This document shows, in pieces, positions 26,083-35,700 of a DNA stretch of 64,000 bases (positions are counted from its first letter, which is position 1; each line of letters starts with the position of its first letter). The notes under the pieces are model-generated. The model saw only the letters and a program-made list of their open reading frames with translations, ran no database searches and had not been told where the DNA came from. The DNA comes from Bdellovibrionota bacterium (lineage in GTDB: Bacteria > Bdellovibrionota > UBA2428). Location: positions 7,443 through 71,442 of the forward strand of contig DATLIP010000114.1 of the NCBI GenBank assembly GCA_035539375.1, written 5' to 3'. A program made the translations under genes and the position numbers.

Positions 26083-27347
26083 CTACGGTGCCTCAGCACA
26101 TCAAGTACGGGAGTGCGCGCCAGGCGCCATCCCAAGAACGTCGCGATGCCCATGCCCGCGAGCGTACCATACAAAAGAACCCCGAGCTGCTCGGAGAAGG
26201 AAAAATGAAAGGGGAGCGAGGTCACGTTGTACACGTCGGGCGGCAGCTCAAAGGCCGGCACATAAGGCAAAATTTTGGAGAGCGTTACCGAGAGCACGAC
26301 TCCGATCGCCGAAGAGGCGAGACCCAACGCGAGTCCCTGCAGTGAGATCCAGCGTCGCAATTGCCGCGGCTGAAGGCCCATGGCCACGAGCACCGCGAGG
26401 TCGCGATCGCGCTCCAAATAGAGCACCAGCAGTGTGGCCGCCACGTTGAGCGTGGCGACAAGGGCGAGCAATGCGAGCACGAGCGTGAGCGAAACGCGGT
26501 CGTGACGAATGGCTTCGAAGAAATTGCGAAACTCCATTTCCGACCAAATCCTGGCATCATCTACCACCTTATACTTTTCAGCCAAAGGCTTGATATTCTG
26601 CACGTATTCATCGCGCCATTTGGAGATTTTAACGGTGTCCGCAAAGGGGAACTTCGATTCGTCCAAATAGTAGCGAATCATGTACGCATCACCAGGACGC
26701 GAAGCAAAGAGATCGCCCTGATGCTCTTTCAGGTAAGCATAGAGGCCGCGCGCATCGATGCGCGCGTAGCGAGAGTCGTATTCGTAATAACCAAACTCCA
26801 CGATGTTCAGCACGCGCGCCGGCACGCGGCCTCGTACCACTCCGGGCATCAGCAGCGAGACTTGATCGCCGGGCTTGACGCCCAAGAAAGCCGCGAGCGG
26901 TTTTCCGAGATCCACGGTCAGCGGAAAACGCCCTGAGTAGGGATCGTTCACCGAAAAGTCCGACGGCAGCACGCCTGTGATTTTTATACCGCGGCCGCCC
27001 TTGGGCCCAAGAACCAGCGCCTGCGAATCCCACACAAATTCTGCACGGGCCACGCCCATGGGTGCGGCCTTCACAAAGTCCTGGAGCTGCGCATAGGACG
27101 ACCACACGCGCGCGTTGTGCGCCACGTGCCCCACCCCTCGACCAAGGCCCTGGGCCAGTGTGGTTTCCACACCGCGCACGAGCGCAAGCGTGAGAGAGAG
27201 CGCCGTCACTCCGAGCGAAAGCCCGAGCACGGCTACCTTGAGAGAATTGCGAAAGAGGCGAGGACGCCGACGATCGGGGCTCTCGCGAAAGCTAAAGAGC
27301 CAACGCCTCGTCAAATGCCAAAAGCTTTTCGGCAGGCCCGCTCGCAT
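26079..27347 (-). CDS. Lipoprotein-releasing system permease (LolC/LolE/FtsX family)
   Basis: N-terminal TM helix, large periplasmic MacB-like domain and a C-terminal FtsX triple-TM bundle. Only one permease gene is present. Confidence 0.75.
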   Translation of the reverse strand: MRAGLPKSFWHLTRRWLFSFRESPDRRRPRLFRNSLKVAVLGLSLGVTALSLTLALVRGVETTLAQGLGRGVGHVAHNARVWSSYAQLQDFVKAAPMGVARAEFVWDSQALVLGPKGGRGIKITGVLPSDFSVNDPYSGRFPLTVDLGKPLAAFLGVKPGDQVSLLMPGVVRGRVPARVLNIVEFGYYEYDSRYARIDARGLYAYLKEHQGDLFASRPGDAYMIRYYLDESKFPFADTVKISKWRDEYVQNIKPLAEKYKVVDDARIWSEMEFRNFFEAIRHDRVSLTLVLALLALVATLNVAATLLVLYLERDRDLAVLVAMGLQPRQLRRWISLQGLALGLASSAIGVVLSVTLSKILPYVPAFELPPDVYNVTSLPFHFSFSEQLGVLLYGTLAGMGIATFLGWRLARTPVLDVLRHRR

Positions 27348-27349
27348 GA

Positions 27350-28891
27350 TCAGTCGGCCGGCCTCATCAGCGGGAACAAGATCACGTCGCGGATCGAATC
27401 CGAACCGGTGAGCAGCATCGTGAGGCGATCGATGCCGATGCCCTCACCCGCTGTCGGCGGCAGGCCGTATTCGAGCGCGTGGATGTAGTCTTCGTCGTAA
27501 TCGGTGGCCTCGGCGTTGCCGAAACCTTTTTCGGCCGCCTGAGCCTGGAAACGCGACTTTTGATCGTCGGGATCGTTGAGCTCGTTGAAACCGTTGGCGA
27601 TCTCTTGACCGCATACGAAAAGTTCAAAACGGTCGGTGACATCGAGACCGGCAGGAGATTTCTCGTCGGCGCGACGTGCGAGCGGCGAGATCTCTACCGG
27701 ATAACCCACAACAAAGGTCGGCTGAATGAGCTGGGCTTCGACATCTTCGGCGAAGATCATCTCGAGAAGAGCGCCGACGCCTTCGCGGCCCGTAAGCTGC
27801 CCACCCTTGGTTTTGACATAGGCGCGCATCGCTTCGATGTCGCTCACCGAGCCCCGGTAGCCCGACATGGTTTTCACCGCATTCTCCATCGAGATGCGAG
27901 TCCAGGGGCCCTTGAGATTTAGTTTGTGGCCCATCCATTCGATTTCGGTTGTGCCGTGAAGAGTTTCGCAGAGTCCAACGATGAGCTCTTCGGTCATGTC
28001 CATGAGGTCATGATAAGTGGCATAGGCCATGTAAAACTCGAGCATCGTGAACTCGGGGTTGTGCCGAATCGAGATGCCTTCGTTGCGGAAGTTGCGGTTC
28101 ACTTCGAAGACGCGCTCGATGCCGCCCACCACGAGGCGTTTGAGGTGCAATTCCGGAGCGATGCGCAGCACGAGCTCCATATCGAGAGCGTTGTGATGCG
28201 TGTTGAAGGGGCGGGCGGCAGCGCCCGTCACAAGGGTATGCATCATCGGCGTTTCGACTTCTACGAAGTCGCGCTTGGTGAAATATTCCCGAATGCCCTG
28301 AACGATCTTGGAGCGCTGGGCGAAAACCTTGCGCGAATCCTCGTTGCTCATGAGGTCGAGGTAGCGCTTGCGATAACGGTCTTCGACATTGGTGAGACCG
28401 TGGAATTTTTCGGGCGGAGCGTGCAAGCATTTGGCGAGCACCTGAAGCTTGTGCACTTCCACGCTGAGTTCGCCGGTCTTGGTGCGGAACATCACACCTT
28501 CGACACGAATAAGGTCGCCGAGGTCGGATTCTTTGAAGCGAGCGAATTCGCCTTCGCTGAGGTGGTCCTTGGCCAAATACACTTGAATGGTGCCGCTGCG
28601 GTCGCGGATCTTAAAAAAGCCCGCCTTGCCGAAAAAGCGCATGAACGAAATCCGTCCGGCCACCGACAGCGTGCCCTTGGCGCGCAGGGATTCAGAGTCC
28701 TCGATCCCGCCGAAGTGGGCGACAATCTCGCGAGCGGTGTGCGAGACCTTGACCTGGTGAGGGTATGCGAGCCCCTCAGAACGCAGAGATTCGAGCTTGG
28801 CGCGACGAACGCGGGTCTGCTCGTCGTGATCAATGACCTCGGGAGCGGCCGAGGGGGTGGGATTTTTTGGTGTGTTATTGGAAGTGGACAT
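27350..28891 (-). CDS. lysS: Lysine--tRNA ligase (class II)
   Basis: N-terminal OB anticodon-binding domain plus class II motifs; the ATG at 28891 gives 514 aa. The track ORF extends to 29050. Confidence 0.9.
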   Translation of the reverse strand: MSTSNNTPKNPTPSAAPEVIDHDEQTRVRRAKLESLRSEGLAYPHQVKVSHTAREIVAHFGGIEDSESLRAKGTLSVAGRISFMRFFGKAGFFKIRDRSGTIQVYLAKDHLSEGEFARFKESDLGDLIRVEGVMFRTKTGELSVEVHKLQVLAKCLHAPPEKFHGLTNVEDRYRKRYLDLMSNEDSRKVFAQRSKIVQGIREYFTKRDFVEVETPMMHTLVTGAAARPFNTHHNALDMELVLRIAPELHLKRLVVGGIERVFEVNRNFRNEGISIRHNPEFTMLEFYMAYATYHDLMDMTEELIVGLCETLHGTTEIEWMGHKLNLKGPWTRISMENAVKTMSGYRGSVSDIEAMRAYVKTKGGQLTGREGVGALLEMIFAEDVEAQLIQPTFVVGYPVEISPLARRADEKSPAGLDVTDRFELFVCGQEIANGFNELNDPDDQKSRFQAQAAEKGFGNAEATDYDEDYIHALEYGLPPTAGEGIGIDRLTMLLTGSDSIRDVILFPLMRPAD

Positions 28892-29019
28892 GCCGCTGGG
28901 CAAATTAATCCGTTCACGCACCCCGAGCAAGCCCGAGCGGGTATTTGGCCGCATTTTGAACGCATTTTGTACGCAGATCTCGGCTTGCGAGCGCTGGCAT
29001 TGTGCTTTAACTTTAACGA

Positions 29020-29850
29020 GTGCGCCTCGATCGTTTTTTCCGCTCTTCATGCTTAGCGCTGGTCTTGGGACTCGCCGCTTGCGTGAGTTTGCCGGGCACC
29101 AACCGCAAAGGGCTCATTTTGGTGAGCCGCGACTACGAAATCAGCCTGGGCGACGAAGCCTACCGCGAAGTTCTCACTCAAAATTCGGGCTCTCCCGGAA
29201 AAGCATCCAAACTCATCACTTCGGGACCTCAATACGAAATGCTCCAGCGCGTGGGCAAACGCATCGCCGCCGTCTCCGATGTCAAAGACTTCAACTGGAA
29301 ATTCTCGCTCGTGAACGACCCCACGATGAACGCCTTCTGCCTACCGGGCGGGAAGGTGGTCTTTTACACCGGCATGCTCCCCATCCTCAAAAACGAAGCC
29401 GCAATGGCCATCGTCATGGGCCACGAAGTCGCGCACGCGGTGGCTCGCCACGGCGCCGAGCGCATGTCGCGCACCATGCTGGTGCAAGCGGGCGTGGTGG
29501 CCGTCTCCGCAGGCGCCTTCCACAAGGATCCCGAAAAGTTTGGCGCCTCGATGGCTCTGCTAGGTGCGGGCGCCACGGTGGGTCTGATCTTGCCTTTCTC
29601 GCGCAGCAACGAAACTGAGGCCGACACCATCGGCTTGCGCTACGCCGCACGCGCGGGTTATGACCCCAGCGAAGGGCCCAAATTTTGGTCGCGCTTTTCA
29701 GCAGCGGTCGGCGGCGGCAAGGCGCCCAAGTGGCTCTCCACCCACCCCACCGACGAATCGCGCATCAAAAACCTCAATCAACTTCAACACGAAGTGTGGG
29801 CGGATTACGAAAAATCCCCCAAATATGGCCTAGGAGAAACGATCAAATGA
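29020..29850 (+). CDS. M48-family zinc metallopeptidase lipoprotein (LoiP/YcaL-like)
   Basis: Lipobox LGLAAC; HEVAHAVARH zincin motif; downstream Glu/Asp ligands. Confidence 0.75.
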   Translation: MRLDRFFRSSCLALVLGLAACVSLPGTNRKGLILVSRDYEISLGDEAYREVLTQNSGSPGKASKLITSGPQYEMLQRVGKRIAAVSDVKDFNWKFSLVNDPTMNAFCLPGGKVVFYTGMLPILKNEAAMAIVMGHEVAHAVARHGAERMSRTMLVQAGVVAVSAGAFHKDPEKFGASMALLGAGATVGLILPFSRSNETEADTIGLRYAARAGYDPSEGPKFWSRFSAAVGGGKAPKWLSTHPTDESRIKNLNQLQHEVWADYEKSPKYGLGETIK

Positions 29851-30389
29851 GTGAGAACAGCAATCAAACCAGCGCCGACGAATTGAACGTCGATTTCGAC
29901 AATTTTTCGGTACCCAAAGAGCGCTCCGAAGAGCTGCGCAGCGCCGTTCAGCGCGTCAAGGACGCCGGCATGGTCGAAGGCCTGCAGACCCTCGTCGCCG
30001 AACTCGGCGTCGAAGAGGTCTCGAGCCAGGACGACCAGATGGCCGGCCTGATCAAAGCCAAAAACCCCAAGGTCTTTCGCTACGTGCTGAACACGGAATC
30101 TGAGACCGAGCGCAGCGTTTTTGAAATCTTCCAATTCGAGCAAGAGCTGCGCGCTTCCGTAGCCGGCCGGCCTGTGCTCGAAGTTTCGTTCTTGCCCAAG
30201 GACAAAGACTTTCTCGTATTCTACGTCGATGCCGCTTTCCTCGAAAACTGGAAGGTCTTCGGCGCGGAAATCGGCGACGTGCTACGCGAAGCCGAGAAGA
30301 TCAAAAGCGACCGTCAAAAGCATTTCAAAAAATTTGCCAAAAAGGAGCCTGTTCGCCATGAAGACGCTGAAATCCCTACTGAAGAATAA
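29847..30389 (+). CDS. Hypothetical acidic cytoplasmic protein
   Basis: The ATG overlaps the upstream stop (ATGA); no signal peptide; no recognisable domain. Confidence 0.45.
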   Translation: MSENSNQTSADELNVDFDNFSVPKERSEELRSAVQRVKDAGMVEGLQTLVAELGVEEVSSQDDQMAGLIKAKNPKVFRYVLNTESETERSVFEIFQFEQELRASVAGRPVLEVSFLPKDKDFLVFYVDAAFLENWKVFGAEIGDVLREAEKIKSDRQKHFKKFAKKEPVRHEDAEIPTEE

Positions 30390-30729
30390 CCTCGTCGCCC
30401 TCGCCCTCGTCGGAGCCACGCTCGCGGGAAGCGCTGCGCACGCCTGTGCCGAACACGAAGCCGCGGCGGCCCACGATTCAGAAGCCAGCAAGTTCATTGC
30501 CGACTCCAAATCCGCGAGCGCCAAACTCACCGAACTGCAGATCCCCAAAGTCAGCTGCCAAGCGTGTGCCTACAAAATCCGCAAAGGCCTCAAACCTCTG
30601 CCGGGCGTGCACCAAGTGGAAGTCGACGACACCACCAAAACACTGCGCTTTCGCTGCGACAAGTGCGACATGAACGACGTCAAAGCCAAGCTCATCGAAA
30701 TTGGTTACCCGGCCGCCGAAAACACCTAA
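30358..30729 (+). CDS. Periplasmic heavy-metal-associated (HMA) domain protein, MerP/CopZ-like
   Basis: Signal peptide MKTLKSLLKNNLVALALVGATLAGSAAHA, a His-rich segment, and an HMA core KVSCQACAYKIRKGLKPLPGV resembling the GMTCxxC metal-binding loop. Confidence 0.6.
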   Translation: MKTLKSLLKNNLVALALVGATLAGSAAHACAEHEAAAAHDSEASKFIADSKSASAKLTELQIPKVSCQACAYKIRKGLKPLPGVHQVEVDDTTKTLRFRCDKCDMNDVKAKLIEIGYPAAENT

Positions 30730-30731
30730 AA

Positions 30732-30814
30732 AAGAACCTAGTTCCTTAACCCGCTTCCTGAACCCCGTACCTCTAGGTGCCAGGTTAAAGTAGCGGGTTA
30801 AGGAACTAGGTTCT
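30732..30814. promoter_or_regulatory. 22-bp perfect inverted repeat (AGAACCTAGTTCCTTAACCCGC ... GCGGGTTAAGGAACTAGGTTCT) with a roughly 39-nt loop, flanked by A-tracts. It sits in the leader of the AI-2E transporter gene and 3' of the HMA gene.
   Basis: Seen in the sequence. On the minus strand the stem is followed by a T-tract, which looks like a terminator. On the plus strand it would sequester the leader. Confidence 0.5.
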
Positions 30815-30838
30815 AAAAAAATGGAGGAGACCCACCAG

Positions 30839-31861
30839 ATGTCCGCAGACGAGCACACCAACGATGATTTAAGAGTCTTACGTACCGCCTCCCTGCTGAT
30901 CATCGCAGCGGTCGCCCTCACCGCGGCGCTCGTTTTTACCCGCGCGGCCATGGTGCCGCTGGTTTTCTCGCTGATCCTATACGCCCTCATCACCGAAACC
31001 ACCGACTGGTTCGCCGCCAAACTGCGGTGGCCGCGCTGGCTCTCGCTTGGCATCGTGTTTCTCACCTTCATAGGCCTGGTTTGCGGTTTTGGATGGCTGG
31101 CCACTGTGTCGATCGACACCTTCGTGCAAGGCATCTCGCAGTACCAGTTGCGCGTGCAGGAATTTTTGCTGTGGCTCTCGCGCCGAGCTCTGTACTTTGG
31201 TTATTCTTTTAACGTCGACAAGTGGACCGAATCGGTTGCCGCCCTCCCCATCCTCGACTGGGCCACCACCATCACGGGCTTCGTGCTGGAATTCGTCGGC
31301 AATTTTGCCCTGGTGCTCATCTTTTTGATCTTTCTTCTCTTGGGCGAACAAAAGGGACGCGCGCGTCACCCTGTGGTGCTCGAAGTGCGCAACAAGATTT
31401 CGAGCTTCGTGGCCGTCAAAACCATCGGCTCCTGCGTGATCGCCATCGCGATCGCGATCCTACTCGCCGCCCTCGACATCGAGATGGTCGTGCTCTTTGC
31501 CGCCATCACCTTCGCTGCCAACTACATCCCGCAGGTGGGCTCGCTCATTTCGGCCCTCTTGCCCGTCCCCGTGATCATGCTCCGTCACGGCGCCGGCGTA
31601 GAACTCCTCGTCTTCATCGTGCTCTCGATCTTGCTACAATTTTTGAGCGGCAACTTTATCGAAACCAAACTCATGGGCGAACGCCTCGACCTGCACCCGG
31701 TGACGATCCTCGTCTTTCTCATCTTCTGGGGACTGGTGTGGGGCGTTGCGGGCATGTTCGTCGCGGTGCCCATCACCTTCGTGCTCAAGTGGGGCCTCTC
31801 GCGCCACAGCCTGACGCGTCCCTGCGCGGAGATCCTCGCAGGCCGCTTGCCGCAGGCATAA
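30839..31861 (+). CDS. AI-2E family transporter (PerM/YhhT, UPF0118)
   Basis: 8 TM helices and the family-typical C-terminal region. The ATG at 30839 is preceded by GGAGGAG. The track ORF starts at 30821, directly after the hairpin. Confidence 0.8.
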   Translation: MSADEHTNDDLRVLRTASLLIIAAVALTAALVFTRAAMVPLVFSLILYALITETTDWFAAKLRWPRWLSLGIVFLTFIGLVCGFGWLATVSIDTFVQGISQYQLRVQEFLLWLSRRALYFGYSFNVDKWTESVAALPILDWATTITGFVLEFVGNFALVLIFLIFLLLGEQKGRARHPVVLEVRNKISSFVAVKTIGSCVIAIAIAILLAALDIEMVVLFAAITFAANYIPQVGSLISALLPVPVIMLRHGAGVELLVFIVLSILLQFLSGNFIETKLMGERLDLHPVTILVFLIFWGLVWGVAGMFVAVPITFVLKWGLSRHSLTRPCAEILAGRLPQA

Positions 31862-31909
31862 CGTCGCAAAACGGTTGCCAAACCGGGGCGCGCGACCTAT
31901 CGAGAGCTC

Positions 31910-32776
31910 ATGCAAATTCTCTCGGTGCAGTCTCACGTCTGTTACGGTTACGTCGGCAATCGCGCGGCGTCCTTTCCCCTGCAGCGCATGGGCTTTGACG
32001 TGAACGCGGTGAACACCGTGCAGTTCTCCAACCACTCGGGCTACGGCGCGTGGAAAGGCGAGATTTTTGGAGCCCCGCACTTGCGAGAGATCTTTGAAGG
32101 CCTTGCCGCACGCGACGTCTTCAAAAATTCTGCCGCTCTGCTCTCGGGCTACTTGGGCTCGCGCGAGCTCGGAGCCTGTGTGCTCGAAGCCGCCGAGCGC
32201 CTTAAGGCCGCCAACCCGAAGGCCATTTACCTTTGCGACCCTGTGATGGGCGACGTGGGCCGCGGCTACTTTGTAAAACCCGAGATTCCGGATTTCTTCG
32301 TGGACGAAGTCATCCCCCGCGCCGACATCATCACGCCCAACCATTTTGAATTCAACCGCATCGCTGGTGAAGAAATCACGAGCCTCGAACAAATGGCCCG
32401 CGCCATGGACCGCGTGCACGCGCGCGGACCGCGCCTCATCGTGGTCACTTCGTTTTTAGAATCCGCGAGCCCTGGCCACGCCCCCACTCTCAAGGTTTTG
32501 CTTTCGGTGAAGGGCGGGGCGCGTTACTACGTGGAGAGCCCGCACTTCCAATTCCCCGTGGCCCCCACGGGCACGGGAGACCTTTTCTCGGCGCTTTTTT
32601 TGGGCAATTATCTCAAAAATCCTGCCAGCCCCGAGGTGGCACTGCAGCGCGCGACCGGTGGCATTTACCGTGTGCTCAAAAAGAATCACGAACGCCAAAC
32701 GCGCGAACTCGAGATCATCGCGGCGCAAGATGCCTTTCTAGATCCCGAGCTTTTCCCTATTGCGCGATTTGCCTGA
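31910..32776 (+). CDS. pdxY: Pyridoxal kinase (PdxY/PdxK, ribokinase superfamily)
   Basis: The N-terminus ILSVQSHVCYGYVGN matches the PdxY signature ILSIQSHVVYGHAGN; GTGD anion hole near the C-terminus. Confidence 0.85.
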   Translation: MQILSVQSHVCYGYVGNRAASFPLQRMGFDVNAVNTVQFSNHSGYGAWKGEIFGAPHLREIFEGLAARDVFKNSAALLSGYLGSRELGACVLEAAERLKAANPKAIYLCDPVMGDVGRGYFVKPEIPDFFVDEVIPRADIITPNHFEFNRIAGEEITSLEQMARAMDRVHARGPRLIVVTSFLESASPGHAPTLKVLLSVKGGARYYVESPHFQFPVAPTGTGDLFSALFLGNYLKNPASPEVALQRATGGIYRVLKKNHERQTRELEIIAAQDAFLDPELFPIARFA

Positions 32777-35700
32777 GGTGTTTTTGGCAAAGGCTCTCCC
32801 CCAAAGTTCCCGCCCGGCTTCGCGCTGAAGCGCGAGGGCTGGACGTCGATGAGCTGACATTTAAGGTCTGCTCGTCGCTAATAGCGAGGAGACGCTTCCA
32901 CTTACGCTTGAACGACGGCGACAATTTTTGCGTCAGTCCTGCGCGCGCGGGCATTTCGGATTTCATGTGTTCGATCATGTAGCGCAAGATCGGCGGCATT
33001 GGGGGCGAAGAGGCTTTGCCGAAGCTGAAGAGCAAGGCATCAAGCCACTTTTCATGGGGCTTCATCAAAAATCGGCTGATCACCAAATCCACCTGATTGC
33101 GCGAGAGCGCGGAAAAGCCAAGCGAAGCAAAGTCAGGATGGGGCATCACGTAACGCAAATTGTGCACCACCTCGAGCAGCGGCACGTTCTTGCGAAAAAT
33201 CACGGGCTCAAAGCGGGCCAGAGGCAATCGGCTGAAGTATTCGGGATTCACAGTGGCAAGAAACTTGATGAGCCCCCGGTCAAAACCAAAACCAGGATAA
33301 CGCCAGTGGGCACTCGCGAAGCGCTCGTAATCGGAGAAGGTGACCTCTCCCCGCTGTGTCGCTACCGCCAAATGCGCCAGCGTCGAGTACGTGCCCGTCG
33401 TCAACTGGGCGAGATCCTTGTCGCCAAGTTCGGGGTAAGTCTTCACGATATGCAAGAGAAGTTCAAAAGTCTGCGTGACATCGGTTTGCGCAAAGACAAA
33501 AGCCCCTGAGCGAAAGAGTTCGCGTCCGATTTCGGGACCAATCCACTCAAAAAGACGCGAGGGGGAACCGGAGTAGGCCTCGAAGAGCGGCGCACTGACA
33601 GAGGGATCAAAGAAATCCACCTGCGGAAGCAGCTTCTTGAGCGTCTCGGAGAGAGGCGCCGCCGCGGAGCTCTCGCTTTCGGCGGCCGCGAAGATCTGTC
33701 GCCAAAACGCCAGCACCTGAGGCTTTTTATTATCTTCCTCACCGCCTCCACCGAGCGCCACCTGTACAACTTCGTCGTACTTCATGAGTTCCAGGATGAC
33801 TTTGGAATCCTTCATCTCGAGGTAAGGCTGAGCACGCTGCGAAGCAAAGAAGCGGGAGCCATCGCGCTGCCAACGTCGACGCGCGTAGGGCAAGAGGGCG
33901 AGTCGGGGCTTGCGCATTTCGTCGAGCAAGCGACCGTCTTCAAAATAGTGTGAATCGTAACGAAAGCCCGACCCAAGGAGCATGGCGTAGACCGCCGCTC
34001 GGTAATCGTCTTGTTTCCAAGCGGCGATGGAGTTCAGCAACTGGCTTTCGTCGAGCGTGTGAACGGCCGCTCCAGATTTGCGTCTCGCTTTGACGAATTC
34101 TTCGAAAAACGCATCAAGGAATTTGAGCGAGGCTTCGGTTTCGGGCAAATGCACGAGCTCGCTGCCGAGCTCCAAGAGCGGCGCACGGGCCACGTCCGAC
34201 CCTTTGGCGCTGCGTAAGGACTGTAGCCATTTGTCAAAATGGGCATCGCGGTAGCGCAAGAATTTTGTGTAATCCTCGCCGAGCCATGGCTGATAAGATT
34301 CGAGCAGCACGGCTACCGCCACCGATTTTGCGCGCAAGGCACTATCGACGTAAGTGCGGAACTCGCCGATCAGCTTGGGGTGACTTTTGAGGACGGCTTC
34401 GACGTCTGTGGCGGCGAGCGCACGATGCACGTCGCGCAAGCTGGCGCGAAAATAGGCCACCACCGGCTCCTCACCAGACTTCATCACGTTTGCGTCGTCG
34501 GGCACCCAGTAATTTTGTACGTAATCGGGCCGGTACGTAACGTCTTCGCTCGCGCTGCCGGTGTGCACGTCGAGCAAGTATTTAGAACCAGCGATCGTCA
34601 CGAGCACCTTGGTGTAGTTTTGCTCGCTCGTCACGATGCTGGGGATACCCGCGTGCGAAAGGATCACGCTGCCCAGCAGGGAATAATCCCGGCAATCCAC
34701 TTGGCAACTCTGCTGCGAGCCCAGGGGCTCGATCACCCGATTGTCCGGGGCGATTTCATTCGCATATTCGTGCAAAACCTCGGTGAGTTTTTCGGCGAAA
34801 GTATCAGCGTTGCCTTCGTCGCCCTGCTTTAAGAAATCCTGCCAGAGCTTGGCCACCGTACGCACAATCTTGGAATCTCCGAGTCGCGACGGGAAAACCA
34901 TCACGGGAGGACGCTCACCTCCGTAGAGGGTCGTGCCCTCAAAGATGGCGCCGTCGGGAATGTAGAAGACCCGGTCGGCCGTCACACGTCGGTAACGATC
35001 GAAGCGAATCCCCTTGGGAAATTGGCCGACTAGTTCTTCCGCGTGTCGAAGATCCGCGATGGCGCCGTAAGCGACGTCGGATTTTTTGAGCACCTCATAG
35101 ACTTGAAACTCCTCGAGCCACTGACGGGTGATCTCGGGATTTGCCGAGGACATGATCATTTGCTTGACAAGGAGGCGCAATCGCCCCGGCACGTAAGCAG
35201 AGTTGAAAGTGCTCGGCGAGCGCCGCGTGCTCAAGAACGTGCTCACAATGTCGTGAAACTCCTTGAGACTAGCACCTACGATTTGCAAGTTGTAGCGCGA
35301 GGCTTTGTTGAGCACCCGGAGTACGCCCATGATCTCAGGATTTTTTCCTTCGCGATAACGTTCGGTCTCCTTGTGAGTCGAGCGGCGGTAAAATTCGATT
35401 TCACCCCTCAGGACGGAATTTACCATCGGGTTGCTGCGGCGGCCGCTTTGGCCAAAGTCGGGCGCCCATTCAAAACGCACCTCTTGGGGATTAGCGTGCA
35501 TGTGCAGCAGGCCGAGCGAGAGGGAGTCAGAGTTTTGTTTGAAGAAATCCTCGTCCCCGAGCACACCTCGCTCGAGCAATCCTTCGCGCAAATGGATGAT
35601 GTCCCATGCGTTTTTCTCGCCTGTGTTGATCTCATGCTTTGCGAGGACGCGCCGGCGAATTTCATTGAGACGTTCTTCCGACACATCGAGGAGCACGTCG

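Noticed and set aside
27926-29056. 376-aa plus-strand ORF
   Set aside because: Antisense to lysS.
31222-32419. 258-aa plus-strand and 261-aa minus-strand ORFs overlapping the AI-2E transporter and pdxY
   Set aside because: Off-frame or antisense to two confidently assigned genes; R/H/G-rich.
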